Shown: one piece after another, positions 12,201 through 24,500 of the stretch
How positions within the stretch are numbered: the stretch's first letter is position 1
How the letters are laid out: each line of letters opens with the position of its first letter
Origin: Anthoceros angustus
Lineage: Eukaryota; Plantae; Anthocerotophyta
DNA: 64,000 nucleotides
NCBI GenBank assembly: GCA_010909165.1
Contig: MU008159.1
Coordinates: forward strand, 372,001 to 436,000
Direction: 5' to 3'
The notes under the pieces: model-generated
Told to the model about the DNA's origin: nothing
The model's database searches: none
What the model saw: only the letters and a program-made list of their open reading frames with translations
Made by a program: the position numbers and the translations under genes

Positions 12201-13692
12201 TAATGACATTCCAGGCATCACAACGTCGAGGTTTTTCGAGTCGTGGTATTCCATTCGCCTGATGATATGTCCATGGTTCGTGAAGTTTTGCTTCGGCATG
12301 TAAAGGTGGTGTCACGTCCTCCTTCTGGCACAAAACTAATGTGACGGCACCCTCCACAGATAAGCTGTATGATGCAGGGGATTACATCACCACAGGCGCA
12401 GGCTCCTTAAAGCAGGATTGTCTGCCTCAGCATTTCTCCCTCAGTGCATCAGCTGATGTTATGAATGACGGCAGAGGGTTGACAACTTGCTTTGCTGAGA
12501 AGGCTGTGGAACATAAGCTATGTTACAACACAGCAGATGATAGGGTGGTTTCCCCGTACCAGAAGCCCATTAGGTTGTTGAGGAAGTTGATTGAGCTGTA
12601 CACAATGGAAGGCGAGTGGGTCCTAGATGGATGTGCAAGCTCTGGTTCGGGTATGGTAGCAGCCCTCAAGTCTGGCCGCAATGTCATTTCGATAGACGTG
12701 GATCCCAGAGCAGTGCAATTCATGGATTTGCGGCTCAATACGTTGGACAACTGGCCAAGCGAGGAGGAGGAGGTGGGAGACGTTGACGGGTATGCAGCAC
12801 CCAAGACGTGCAGCAAAGAGCCCATGGTGAACAACATCGCGGTGGCGAGGGCGTGTGGCGGCGTGCGGACAAGAAGGCGCGATGCACAATTGGGCGTGTC
12901 GGATCCACTTTCGGTGTTGTAGGACATCCGACAAGTGCGAGGAGGTTAGTGAGAAAGCCGGCGCATTGGCGAGATGGCTGCGGAAGAGGCTTTTGCAACA
13001 TTGGGGGCGATGGATCGAGGTCCATCCCTTGAGACGCCGAGAAGTATGATGGCCGATTGACTCTCCGGACAACTTGGCGGGCAAAACAAACTTGTAGCAT
13101 CCGAACTGGGATTGGGAGAGAGTTGTGAGGGCTAGGAAATCTGCAGACAGTTGGGTTAACGTTGCTTTTGTGTTGGACTCAAAGCAGTTTGAGACAACTT
13201 GCGATGCGAGCATGCCCATGTCTTGCACAACACGGACAGCCGGTGATAAAGGCTGTCTTTCGGTGTCCATTGTGTCCGATTGATCAAGCTCGCTTGCGTA
13301 ACCATTTTTGTTCACGATGCTCGGGCAAGGGAGAAACATGGTCGGCGCTGAACAACATTGCATCAATGAGCATCCTCATGCATATCCTTCAATCGAACAC
13401 CGGAAAAGGGGATTAGCGAACTTCGCCACGCCCAATCGCCATTTCCGAGCCTTTGCGTCACGGGCCGGCGCATTGGTGTGCATGAGTTGGAGGCGAGGCG
13501 TAGGGAAGGCGGTAGTGGCACCGATTCGAGCCGTCCATGTGCGTGAAGTGTCATGGCCGAGACCTTATCGGAATTGCAAATCGCATATCGACCATGGCGG
13601 GCGCTTATACGGACCAGCGAATAGCGAAATGCATTGCTATAAGAATTGGTCGAACACGGCCACCGGTCATTGTGGTGGAAAGCCTTCGCGGT
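9213..13692 (+). CDS. Large multidomain gene: acidic/basic N-terminus + ParB/Srx-like domain + beta-class N4C/N6A DNA methyltransferase + Cys-rich tail (frameshifted; ends approximate)
   Basis: Chain of plus-strand ORF fragments (9171, 9477, 10396, 10823, 11059, 12341, 13162, 13537) with recognisable motifs in order, linked by a canonical intron at 11773-11868. Confidence 0.7.
10823..11210 (+). CDS. ParB/sulfiredoxin-like domain
   Basis: Frame-corrected reading RKLDLAWVEALMQKM...MVVVVVDPSQC...DYIF(FVLG)GNHSFRAR...YKWMDAYV..GLTEDEMRIVATDHN. It resembles the ParB-N G-x-H-R-x-x-A box and the downstream 'L..EN' helix. Confidence 0.65.
11773..11868 (+). other. Spliceosomal intron (96 bp) between the ParB-like and methyltransferase regions
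   Basis: Donor ATG|GTAAGT, branch-like TACTAAAC at ~11817, and acceptor TTGTTTCCACGTCTGACAG|. Splicing joins RIELSTAFKNM to an open frame LELCHCIQRANACLEWSALPDNFKEHVLKAKAW that runs toward the methyltransferase. Confidence 0.7.
12060..12760 (+). CDS. DNA amino-methyltransferase (N6_N4_Mtase family, beta-class order: motif IV before motif I)
   Basis: The C-terminal half in ORF 12341 is PYQKPIRLLRKLIELYTMEGEWVLDGCASSGSGMVAALKSGRNVISIDVDPRAVQFMDLRL, matching the family pattern H/P-x-Q-KP..L...LI...T..G..VLDPF.GSG....A...GR..IG.E. Across frameshifts upstream lie VCGNI, LDLP(x)G at 12125-12139 (DPPY position), RVVVFHS and SFWHKTN. Confidence 0.88.
12800..13692 (+). CDS. Cys/His-rich putative zinc-binding region downstream of the methyltransferase
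   Basis: Motifs RACG...HNWACRIHF..CC.KC, RCPLCP...HFCSRC and MCVKCHG. A stop at 13416 (GKGD*) in both duplicated copies leaves the true gene end uncertain. Confidence 0.45.
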
Positions 13693-14972
13693 GATTACAT
13701 CACCACGGCGCAGCTCCTTAAAGCGGATTATGCGCCTCATTTCTCCCTCGATCACCATGTGATGTTATGAATGACGGAGGTTGACAACTTGCTTTCGAGA
13801 AGGTCATGGAACATAAGCTATGTTACAACACGGTGATGATAGGGTGGTTTCCCCTACCGAAGCCCATTAGATTGTTGAGGAAGTTGATTGAAAGTACACA
13901 ATGGAAGGCGAGTGGATCCTAGATGGTTGTGCAGCTCGTTCGGTATGGTAGACCCTCAAGTCGCCGCAATGTCATTTCGATGACGTAGATCCCGGCAATT
14001 CATGCGGCTCAATACGATGGACAAGCAAGCGAGGAGGAGGAGGTGGGAGGCGTTGTGGTATGCAGCACGGCGAGACAAAGAGCCCATGGTGAACAACATC
14101 GCGGTGGCGAGGGGCGTGGGTCGCGCGTGCGGACAAGAAGGCGCGATGCACAATTGGGCGTGTCGGATCCACTTTCGAGGCGGGTGTTGTCACAAGTGCG
14201 AGGTTAGTGAGAAAGGCGCGCACATTGGCGAGATGGCTGCGGAAGAGGCTTTCTTTGCAACGCAACATTGGGGGCGATGGATCGAGGTCCATCCCTTGAG
14301 ACGCCGAGAAGTATGATGGCCGATTGACTCTCCGGACAACCGGACAGCCAAAACAAACTTGTAGCATCCGAATGGGATTGGGAGAGAGTTGTGAGGGCTA
14401 GGAAATCTGCAGACGATTGGGTTAACGTTGCTTTTTGTGTTGGACTCAAAGCAGTTTGAGACAACTTGCGATGCGCATGACCCATGTCTTGCACAACACC
14501 GGACAGCCGGTGATAAAGGTCATTGCTCGGTGTCCATTGTGTCCAGTTGATCAAGCTCGGCGAACCATTTTTGTTCACGATGTTGCTCGGGCAAGGGAGA
14601 AACATGGTCGGCGCTGAACAACATTGCATCAATGAGCATCCTCATGCATATCCTTCAATCGAACACCGGAAAAGGGGATTAGCGAACTACGTCACGCCGC
14701 CCAATCGCCATTTCCGAGCCTTTGCGTCACGCGCCGCGCATTGGTGTGCATGAGTTGGCCCCCCTGCGAGGCGTAGGGAAGGCGGTAGTGGCACCCGATT
14801 CGAGCCGTCCATGTGCGTGAAGTGTCATGGCCGAGACCTTATCGGAATTGCAAATCGCATATCGACCATGGCGGGCGCTTATACCGGACCAGCGAATAGC
14901 GAAATGCATTGCTATAAGAATTGGTCGAACACGGCCACAATTCATTGTGGTGGAAAGCCTTCCATGCGCGGT
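13693..14972 (+). pseudogene. Tandem duplicate of 12380-13692 (C-terminal methyltransferase half plus Cys-rich region)
   Basis: The sequence restarts at GATTACATCACCAC (compare 12380) and is colinear through to GTGATTAG at ~14978. This copy has more small deletions in its methyltransferase part. Confidence 0.9.
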
Positions 14973-15525
14973 GATTAGTCGGACATGATGAATGCATTCA
15001 TCATATGCATGTAAAGGGGCGATGTCACGATGTGATGCGCATTGAACCCGCAATTGTAAATAGATTGCCGCGGTGTGTGTCAGAAAGGCCAGCGGTATGA
15101 AGTTCTAGATTTCATCCAATTTCGGTAGTGCAACCTCGGGCTGCACGGCTAAAATGGATTCATACCATTCGCACATTCACCGGATGTCCGGGTCATACAA
15201 GTCTGATACAATGTCGTCGCTCTTTTTGGTCGTCGGACCCTTAAACTCATTTTTGTGGACCTTTTTAATATCCATTTTGCGGCCTATAAATTGCATGTAT
15301 CTGTCTTAAAGAATTGGCAGAAATTCATGAGAACTTGGAGGAGTGTAGACCATGTGAAGGTCTTATTACCTTAAAACCATTGAAATGCATGGTTTCATTT
15401 TTAAAGTCACATCTTTATCATGCAATTTTTTTAAAAAATTCTGCAAATTATGAAATTCAAGCTTTTTTGTTTCCAGGTCCCAAATTTCACCCCCTCAAAA
15501 CCAGAGACGAGGAGCCGTCTCCCAC

Positions 15526-15543
15526 TCTTAGGAGACCTTGTTT
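15526..15543 (-). repeat. Right terminal inverted repeat TCTTAGGAGACCTTGTTT
   Basis: Exact reverse complement of 2903-2920, followed by the TGA target-site duplication. Confidence 0.95.
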
Positions 15544-18500
15544 TGACAGAATTTGGCCATCCTGCAGAGACACCCGAGATGCACCCTCAAATTAGCAATA
15601 GGAGTAGAGATCCACTTTGGGGGCCCATCGTGCAGAGTTCCACATTCAAATGGGCACGTTCGGGGACTCCACCCCTAGGGCAGAGGCGGCTTGGAGGCGC
15701 AACCCTTAGTAGCCCAACCCCTTGGAGGCCGAACCCTTGGGCAGGCCCTTGGAACCTAAGCCCCTAAATCTTGGAGCTAGGTGTATGTCGTGGATTGCCA
15801 CACTCTTGTGTGTACTCTTTTGAGAGTAATTAATTGAGCATCAAAGTGGTTAGTACATGGCCCGCTACTTGGAGGCCTAGTGTCGTGTTTTGTAATAATC
15901 TTGTTATTTATAAAATAAAGTTCCACTCCATAACAAAACAACACAAAAAGTTCCTTCTATTTTATGAGATTCCTCAAGTTCCTTGGGTCCGGATGTATTG
16001 ACGAGAACCTAAGCCGTGTGTTGCTTGCAACGTATGATATAGCTGTAAGTATCTACGCTTTGAGGAGATATCATGCTATAGTTAGTGTTCTCTAACGTGT
16101 TGTTGTGGGTACAATTAGCCCTTGTCGTCTTCTTTAACTCATCTTCCTAAGAAAGAAAAACAATTACAGACTTTCTAAGCACGTGGTGCGCCGCAATGCA
16201 CCAAGAAGAGGATCACAGCATTAAAATTTTAGTCTTCAGAAGGATAGGAGAAACTCTTTATGGAGGAAAGCAAGTAAGGATTCCATACTTTGAGACAAGT
16301 GTGAGGCAATTAGGGTTTAAAGATAGGACAAAATGTAGAACCATTTCGATATATTACATTAGCTTGTTGCGCAACGGGTAATCAATTGAGGAGAGAAGAT
16401 GAAGGGATGTCGCGCCACGCTTGCATAGCTGTCATGGTACCTAAACTACCAAGAACATCAAAGTTGCCCATGAGCCAAAGTTACACTAAATCGCATGCCC
16501 GCCACCTACTTACATTGATGGAAAATATCACCGCGAATGGCAAAATCAATGGACTTGATGTTATTCACTCACCCACCTGGCGAAGCTCACAAGATTTCGA
16601 GATCCGTATGCACCTTGGAATCTCTTTTGAGTAACTCCTAATACAAACATCAACAATCCGGATGCCGGATTGCCTCGTTCTTGTAGGCGCTCGCCGCCAT
16701 ACCATTAATGCACCCTCAAATTAGCAATAGGAGTAGAGATCCACTTTGGGGGCCCATCGTGCGAGAGTTCCACATTCAAATGGGCACGTTCGGGGACTCC
16801 ACCCCTAGGAGCCCGGGACGCTTGGGAGCGCAACCCTTAGTAGCCCAACCCCTTGAGGCCGAACCCTTGACCCTTGGAACCTAAGCCCCTAAATCTTGGA
16901 GCTAGGTGTATGTCGTGGATTGCCACACTCTTGTGTGTACTCTTTTGAGAGTAATTAATTGAGCATCAAAGTGGTTAGTACATGGCCCGCTACTTGGAGG
17001 CCTAGTGTCGTGTTTTGTAATAATCTTGTTATTTATAAAATAAAGTTCCACTCCATAACAAAACAACACAAAAAGTTCCTTCTATTTTATGAGATTCCTC
17101 AAGTTCCTTGGGTCCGAATGTATTGACGAGAACCTAAGCCGTGTGTTGCTTGCAACGTATGATATAGCTGTAAGTATCTACGCTTTGAGGAGATATCATG
17201 CTATAGTTAGTGTGCTCTAACGAATGTTGTTGTGGGTACAATTAGCCCTTGTCGTCTTCTTTAACTCATCTTCCTAAGAAAGAGAAAACAATTACAGACT
17301 TTCTAAGCACGTGGTGCGAGCACAAGAAGAGGATCACAGATTAAAATTTTAGTCTTCAAATGAAGGATAGGAGAAACTCTTTATGGAGGAAAGCAAGTAA
17401 GGATTCCATACTTTGAGACAAGTGTGAGGCAGAATTCGGTTTAAAGATAGGACAAAATGTAGAACCATTTCGATATATTACATTAGCTTGTTCGCAAACG
17501 GGTAATCAATTGAGGGAGAGAAGATGAAGGGATGTCGCGCCACGCTTGCATAGCTGTCATGGTACCTAAACTACCAATGACACATCAAAGTTGCCCATGA
17601 GCCAAAGTTACACTAAATCGCATGCCCGCCACCTACTTACATTGATGGAAAATATCACCGCGAATGGCAAAATCAATGGACTTGATGTTATTCACTCACC
17701 CACACGATGTGAAGCTCACAAGATTTCGAGATCCGTATGTCCGCACCTTGGAATCTCGCTTTGAGTAACTCCTAATACAACATCAACAACCGGGATGCGG
17801 ATTGCCTCGTTCTTGTAGGGCCACCGCCATACCATTAATGCACCTGCCACCTTGAGGAGATGCGCGGTGTCGCCGAGGCGCCGTCCTTGCGTTAATGGTT
17901 TTGTTCTTAGCTCTTGACTTTGCGACGCACCATTTCATGTACACCATGCATCATGCAACATCGATCAACATACACTAGCATCTCTACGGTATTTATACTA
18001 TCACTATATGGTCGCTATATAACCACGATACCATAATTATCATTATATCGGTTGCTACATGACCATACGTACATACATCTTATTGTGTGTATCACATGCC
18101 TATGCATACACATTCCACACATGCATTCCTAAGTTCCTAAGGCATTCTCACCTCTGCTTGTGTGCTATGACAATCACGCCACGCATAGCATCATGGTACC
18201 TAAACTACCAAGAAGCACATCAAAGTTGCGCATGAGCCAAAGTTACACTAAATCGCATGCCCCGCCACCTACTTACATTCATGGAAAATATCAGTACGAA
18301 TGGCCCCCTGCTCAAAGTTGGGCTGTACTTGTCAAAACGGAGCACCACTTTGGGCACTCATGGGCAGCACAATCATGAAAGCCAATCACCGCTTGCTTAT
18401 CCAACGACAATAAAAGGTACCTAACAGATCTGCGGTTAGGGTTGAGCCGATTTTCATATGCATGGCTCTCCTCATCTTGATTGTGGCTCTGCTTGACTTG

Positions 18501-21500
18501 TCCAGCAATGAATGTGCATCAAACCGGCTCCGTTATCATCACTACTCTCGAGTCCGAAACTATATATCTCACGGACGTGCACCATAGGTTGAGAGGTAGT
18601 CAAGCGCATATGATCATGACTTGCCCGCTAAAGAGTGGCAAACTGCATGGCTTTGTCATCCATCCCAAGTTGCCATGTCGCGGTTGCGAGATCATAAGAA
18701 TGGTGAGGCCACCAAACACATATATGCCTCGCTTTGGTAACATGAAAATGAGCAAGCCACATCCTCAAAGATTTCATGTCTCGAGGAAATTCATCAGCCC
18801 CATATCACTAAAGTGGACGGGATAGTCATCAAACACCGGTGCATAAACATATGGTTTTATGTTTTTGTCGCATCTTCGAATTCGCAATAGGATGTCTAGA
18901 CCCATGGGAGAGTTTTATGTCCCGCCTTTGCAACTCAAACATATCCCGATGATTTGTGGGATAATACGCAACCGAGCACTTCATGTGGCTCATGAGACTC
19001 TATATACAACAAGAACCGAGGGGTCTATTTTTGCTGGATATTTACGTCCTTTGATTACTTTTTCTTAATTGCCATAATATATGCGGGATGTCAAGATGCA
19101 CAAGAGGGCTTTTCCTCACTGTAAAAATAAATGCTATAAAGAAAAGGTACCCCATTGCCCGCATTTGGGCATACACTTGCAAAGTTTTGCTCCTTGCTCG
19201 TGAGCATATGTTGGAACCGTGGCAATATCCATGACACCACATTGCCTGGATTAATTTTTCAAACACCGACTCTACCTCAAGTTGTGATGCTCCGCATGCA
19301 CTTGGTATCATAGTGCATGCACACATGCATCCATGCATTATCATGCTTTTGAAAACATACATAGTCACTGCCGCCTCGGCCTCGACAAGCATGTAGGACC
19401 ATTTGCACCTATCTATTTAATTAGTCCTTGGTCCTCAACAAGCAAAACCATTTGTGTCTTTGTTCTCGAGGACTTTTGTACCTTTTTCCATTTATCTTAT
19501 AGTCTCTCGGACTTTCGCCAAAACAAACAAACAAACAAACAAAACCATTTGCCATCTATTGAATTAGTCCTTGGTCCTTGAAAAGCGATACCATTTGCCA
19601 TCTATTGAATTAGTCCTTGGTCCTTGAAAAGCAATACCATTTGCCATCTATTGAATTAGTCCTTGGTCCTTGAAAAGCAATACCATTTGCCATCTATTGA
19701 ATTAGTCCTTGGTCCTTGACAAGCAATGCCATTTGCAATCTATTTAATTAGTCTTGGGTCCTTGGTCCTTGACAAACAAGACCATTTACTATTTATGTAA
19801 TTAGTCCTTGGTCCTCGACAACCAAGACCAAATGATTTGAAAAGCTATTTTTAATAAGTCCTTGGTCCTCGACATCCAAGACCATTTGCTTAATGTCAAA
19901 ATAACTATCTAGCTAGCTATATATGCATTATACAATACTTTAGGTAGCCATGCCATAACATTGTCTTGCTCGATTGTCTAGTGGAAGAGGTAGGACATGA
20001 CGAGTTCTTGCGAGATAATTCTCCAAGGAGGACCACGAAGGCCGCCACCCCATCTATGCAGTAGAGACGAGGGTATACACCGGAATACATTATGATGGAT
20101 CCGGCGGCAGGATGCGTATGTGGAGTGCGAGAAGGAGGCCAAGAGCTAGTGTTGGGCGAGCGCAGTGGGCGCAAGTGCGGGCGCGGTGGGCGCAAGCGCA
20201 GTGGAGGCGCAGTGGAGGCGCGTGGAGGAGCAACAACAGCGGCGGCGGCGTCACGGTGGATCCGAGCTGGGATGGAGCTGGGCGCGATCAACCCACCATG
20301 CTTGCTCATGACCCGCAGATGTTGTCTCTCAATAGGCACGGTGGCAGACAATTTTCCCATCCAGAGTTGATGATTTGGCCATCCTGCGAGACACCCGAGA
20401 TGCACCCTCAAATTAGCAATAGGAGTAGAGATCCACACTGGGGCCCATACGTGCGCGAGTTCCACATTCAAATGGGCACGTTGGGGGACTCCACCCTAGG
20501 AGCCGGGGCCGACGCTTGGGAGCGCAACCCTTAGTAGCCCAACCCCTTGGAGGCCGAACCCTTGGAGCCCGACACCTTGGAACCTAAGCCCCGACTCCGT
20601 GTTACATGTCTCACGAAGGCCGACCCCTATTGGCCCGCATGGAATAAGTAAAAGCATACGCCGAGTCTAAATCTGGAGCTAGGTGTATGCGTGGATTGCC
20701 ACACTCTTGTGTGTACTCTTTTGAGAGTAATTAATTGAGCATCAAAGTGGTTAGTACATGGCCCGCTACTTGGAGGCCTAGTGTCGTGTTTTGTAATAAT
20801 CTTGTTATTTATAAAATAAAGTTCCACTCCATAACAAAACAACACAAAAAGTTCCTTCTATTTTATGAGATTCCTCAAGTTCCTTGGGTCCGGAATGTAT
20901 TGAGAACCTAAGCCGTGTGTTGCTTGCAACGTATGATATAGTAAGTATCTACGCTTTGAGGAGATATCATGCTATAGTTAGTGCTCTAACGAGCATTGTT
21001 GTGGGTACAATTAGCCCTTGTCTTCTTTAACTCATCTTCCTAAGAAAGAGAAAACAATTACAGACTTTCTAAGCACGTATGCGCCGAGGCGAGAAGAGGA
21101 TCAAGATTAAAATTTTAGTCTTGATAAGGATAGGAGAAACTCTTTATGGAGGAAAGCAAGTAAGGATTCCATACTTTGAGACAAGTGTGAGGCAGCGAGT
21201 CGGTTTAAAGATAGGACAAAATGTAGAACCATTTCGATATATTACATTAGCTTGTTCGCAAAGCGGGTAATCAATTGAGGGAGAGAAGATGAAGGGATGT
21301 CGCCACGCTTGCATAGCTCATGGTACCTAAACTACCAGCGAAGCACATCAAAGTTGCCCATGAGCCAAAGTTACACTAAATCGCATGCCACAGCCACCTA
21401 CTTACATTGATGGAAAATATCACCGCGAATGGCAAAATCAATGGACTTGATGTTATTCACTCACCCACACCGAGCTCACAAGATTTCGAGATCATATGCA

Positions 21501-24500
21501 CCTTGGAATCTGCTTTGAGTAACTCCTAATACAAACATCAACAATCGGGATGCCGGATTGCCTCGTTCTTGTAGGCCGCTCGCCGCCATACCATTAATGC
21601 ACCACCACCTTGAGGAGATGCGCGGTGTCGTCGAGGCGCCGTCCTTGCGTTAATGGTTTTGTTCTTAGCTCTTGACTTGCGATCGCACCATTTCATGTAC
21701 ACCATGCATCATGCAACATGCGATCAACATACACTAGCATCTCTACGGTATTTATACTATCACTATATGGTCGCTATAAAACCACGATACCATAATTATC
21801 ACGATTATACGGTTGCTACATGACCATACGTACATACATCTTATTGTGTGTATCACATGCCTATGCATACACATTCCACACATGCATTCCTAAGTTCCTA
21901 AGGCACATTCTCCTCGCTGCTTGTGTGCTATGACAATCACGCCACCGGTGCATAGCGTCATGGTACCTAAACTACCAAGAAGAGGATCATTAAAATTTTA
22001 GTCTTCAAAAGGATAGGAGAAACTCTTTATGGAGGAAAGCAAGTAAGGATTCCATACTTTGAGACAAGTGTGAGGCAGTTGGTTTAAAGATAGGACAAAA
22101 TGTAGAACCATTTCGATATATTACATTAGCTTGTTCTGCAAACGGGTAATCAATTGAGGGAGAGAAGATGAAGGGATGTCGCGCCACGCTTGCATAGGTC
22201 ATGGTACCTAAACTACCAAGCACATCAAAGTTGCCCATGAGCCAAAGTTACACTAAATCGCATGCCACCTACTTACATTGATGGAAAATATCACCGAATG
22301 GCAAAATCAATGGACTTGATGTTATTCACTCACCCACAGCAGCGAGCTCACAAGATTTGAGATCATGCCTTGGAATCTGCTTTGAGTAACTCCTAATACA
22401 AACATCAACAATCCGGGATGCCGGATTGCCTCGTTCTTGTAGGCCGCCATACCATTAATGCACCACACCTTGAGGAGATGCGCGCGGTGTCGAGGCGCCG
22501 TCCTTGCGTTAATGGTTTTGTTCTTAGCTCTTGACTTTCTGCGATCGCACCATTTCATGTACACCATGCATCATGCAACATGCGATCAACATACACTAGC
22601 ATCTCTACGGTATTTATACTATCACTATATGGTCGCTATAAAACCACGATACCATAATTATCTGCTATCTGGTTTTACATGACCATACGTACATACATCT
22701 TATTGTGTGTATCACATGCCTATGCATACACATTCCACACACATGCATTCCTAAGTTCCTAAGGCACATTCTCACCTTTCTGCTTGTGTGCTATGACAAC
22801 TATCCGCCACGCATAAGTCAGAGTACCTAAACTACCAAGCACATCAAAGTTGCGCATGAGCCAAAGTTACACTAAATCGCATGCCACAGCCACCTACTTA
22901 CATTCATGGAAAATATCGACACGAATGGCCCCCGCTCAAAGTTGCTGTACTTGTCAAAAGCAGGCACCACTTTGGGCACTCATGGGCAGCACAATCATGA
23001 AAGCCAATCACCGGTTGCTTATCCAACGACAATAAAAGGTACCTAACACGAGATCTCGGTTAGGGTTGAGCCGATTTTCATATGCATGGCTCTCCTCATC
23101 TTGGATTGTGGCTCTGTTTGACTTGTCCAGGCAATGAATGTGCCATAAAACCGCTCCGTTATCATCACTACTCTGAGGAAACTATATATCTCACGGACGT
23201 GCACCATAGGTTGAGAGGTAGTCAGCGCGATGATCATGACTTGCTAAAGAGTGGCAAGCTGCATGGCTTTGTCGATCCATCCCAGTTGCCATGTCGCGAA
23301 GTTGCGATGGATCATAAGAATGGTGAGGCCAAAACACATATATATGCTTTGGTAACATGAAATGAGCAAGCCACATCCTCAAAGATTTCATGTCTCGAGG
23401 AAATTCATCAGCCCCATATCACTAAAGTGACGGGATAGTCATCAAACACCGTGCATAAACATATGGTTTTATGTTTTGCAATACGCATCTTGATTCGCAA
23501 TAGGATGTCTAGACCCATGGGAGAGTTTTATGCCCCGCCTTTGCAACTCAAACATATCCCGATGATTTGTGGGATAATACGCAACCGAGCACTTCATGTG
23601 GCTCATGAGACTCTATATACAACAAATGAGGGGTCTATTTTTGCTGGATATTTCTGGCGTCCTTTGATTACTTTTCTTAATTGCCATAATATATGCAGGA
23701 TGTCAAGATGCACAAGAGGGCTTTTCCTCAACAGTAAAAATAAATGCTATAAAGAAAAGGTACCCCATTGCCCGCATTTGGGCATACACTTGCAAAGTTT
23801 TGCTCCTTGCTCGTGAGCATATGTTGGAACCGTGGCAATATCCATGACACCACATTGCACGATGGATTAATTTTTTCAAACACCGACTCTACCTCAAGTT
23901 GTGATGCTCCCGCATGCACTTGGTATCATAGTGCATGCACACATGCATCCATGCATTATCATGCTTTTGAAAACAGCTTTTGAAAACATCCATAGTCACT
24001 GGCGGTCCTCGGCTCCGACAAGCATGTAGGACCATTTGCACCTATCTATTTAATTAGTCCTTGGTCCTCAACAAGCAAAACCATTTGTGTCTTTGTTCTC
24101 GAGGACTTTTGTACCTTTTTCCATTTATCTTATAGTCTCGGACTTTCGCCAAAACAAACAAACAAACAAAAACCATTTGCCATCTATTGAATTAGTCCTT
24201 GGTCCTTGAAAAGCGATACCATTTGCCATCTATTGAATTAGTCCTTGGTCCTTGAAAAGCAATACCATTTGCCATCTATTAAATTAGTCCTTGGTCCTTG
24301 ACAAGCAATGCCATTTGCAATCTATTTAATTAGTCTTGGGTCCTTGGTCCTTGACAAACAAGACCATTTACTATTTATGTAATTCGTCCTTGGTCCTCGA
24401 CAACCAAGACCAAATGATTTGAAAGCTATTTTTAAATAAGTCCTTGGTCCTCGACATCCAAGACCATTTGCTTAATGTCAAAATAACTATCTAGCTAGCT

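Larger units (their letters stand above)
2903..15543. mobile_element. 12.6-kb TIR DNA transposon (Sola-like DDD transposase) carrying ParB-like/DNA methyltransferase cargo
   Basis: Perfect 18-bp TIRs and a TGA duplicated at 2900-2902 and 15544-15546. The empty site GAGTTGACAGAATTT occurs in sister monomers (e.g. ~47352, ~57017, ~61180). Transposase motifs lie inside. Confidence 0.93.

Noticed and set aside
12523-13366. Minus-strand ORFs of 134-247 aa over the methyltransferase region
   Set aside because: They are antisense shadows of the plus-strand coding sequence and contain no motifs.
9213-13692. Bacterial contamination or a prophage restriction-modification locus
   Set aside because: The gene has a spliceosomal-type intron, lies within eukaryotic-type TIRs with a clean TSD in host satellite, and has no operon or cognate endonuclease.
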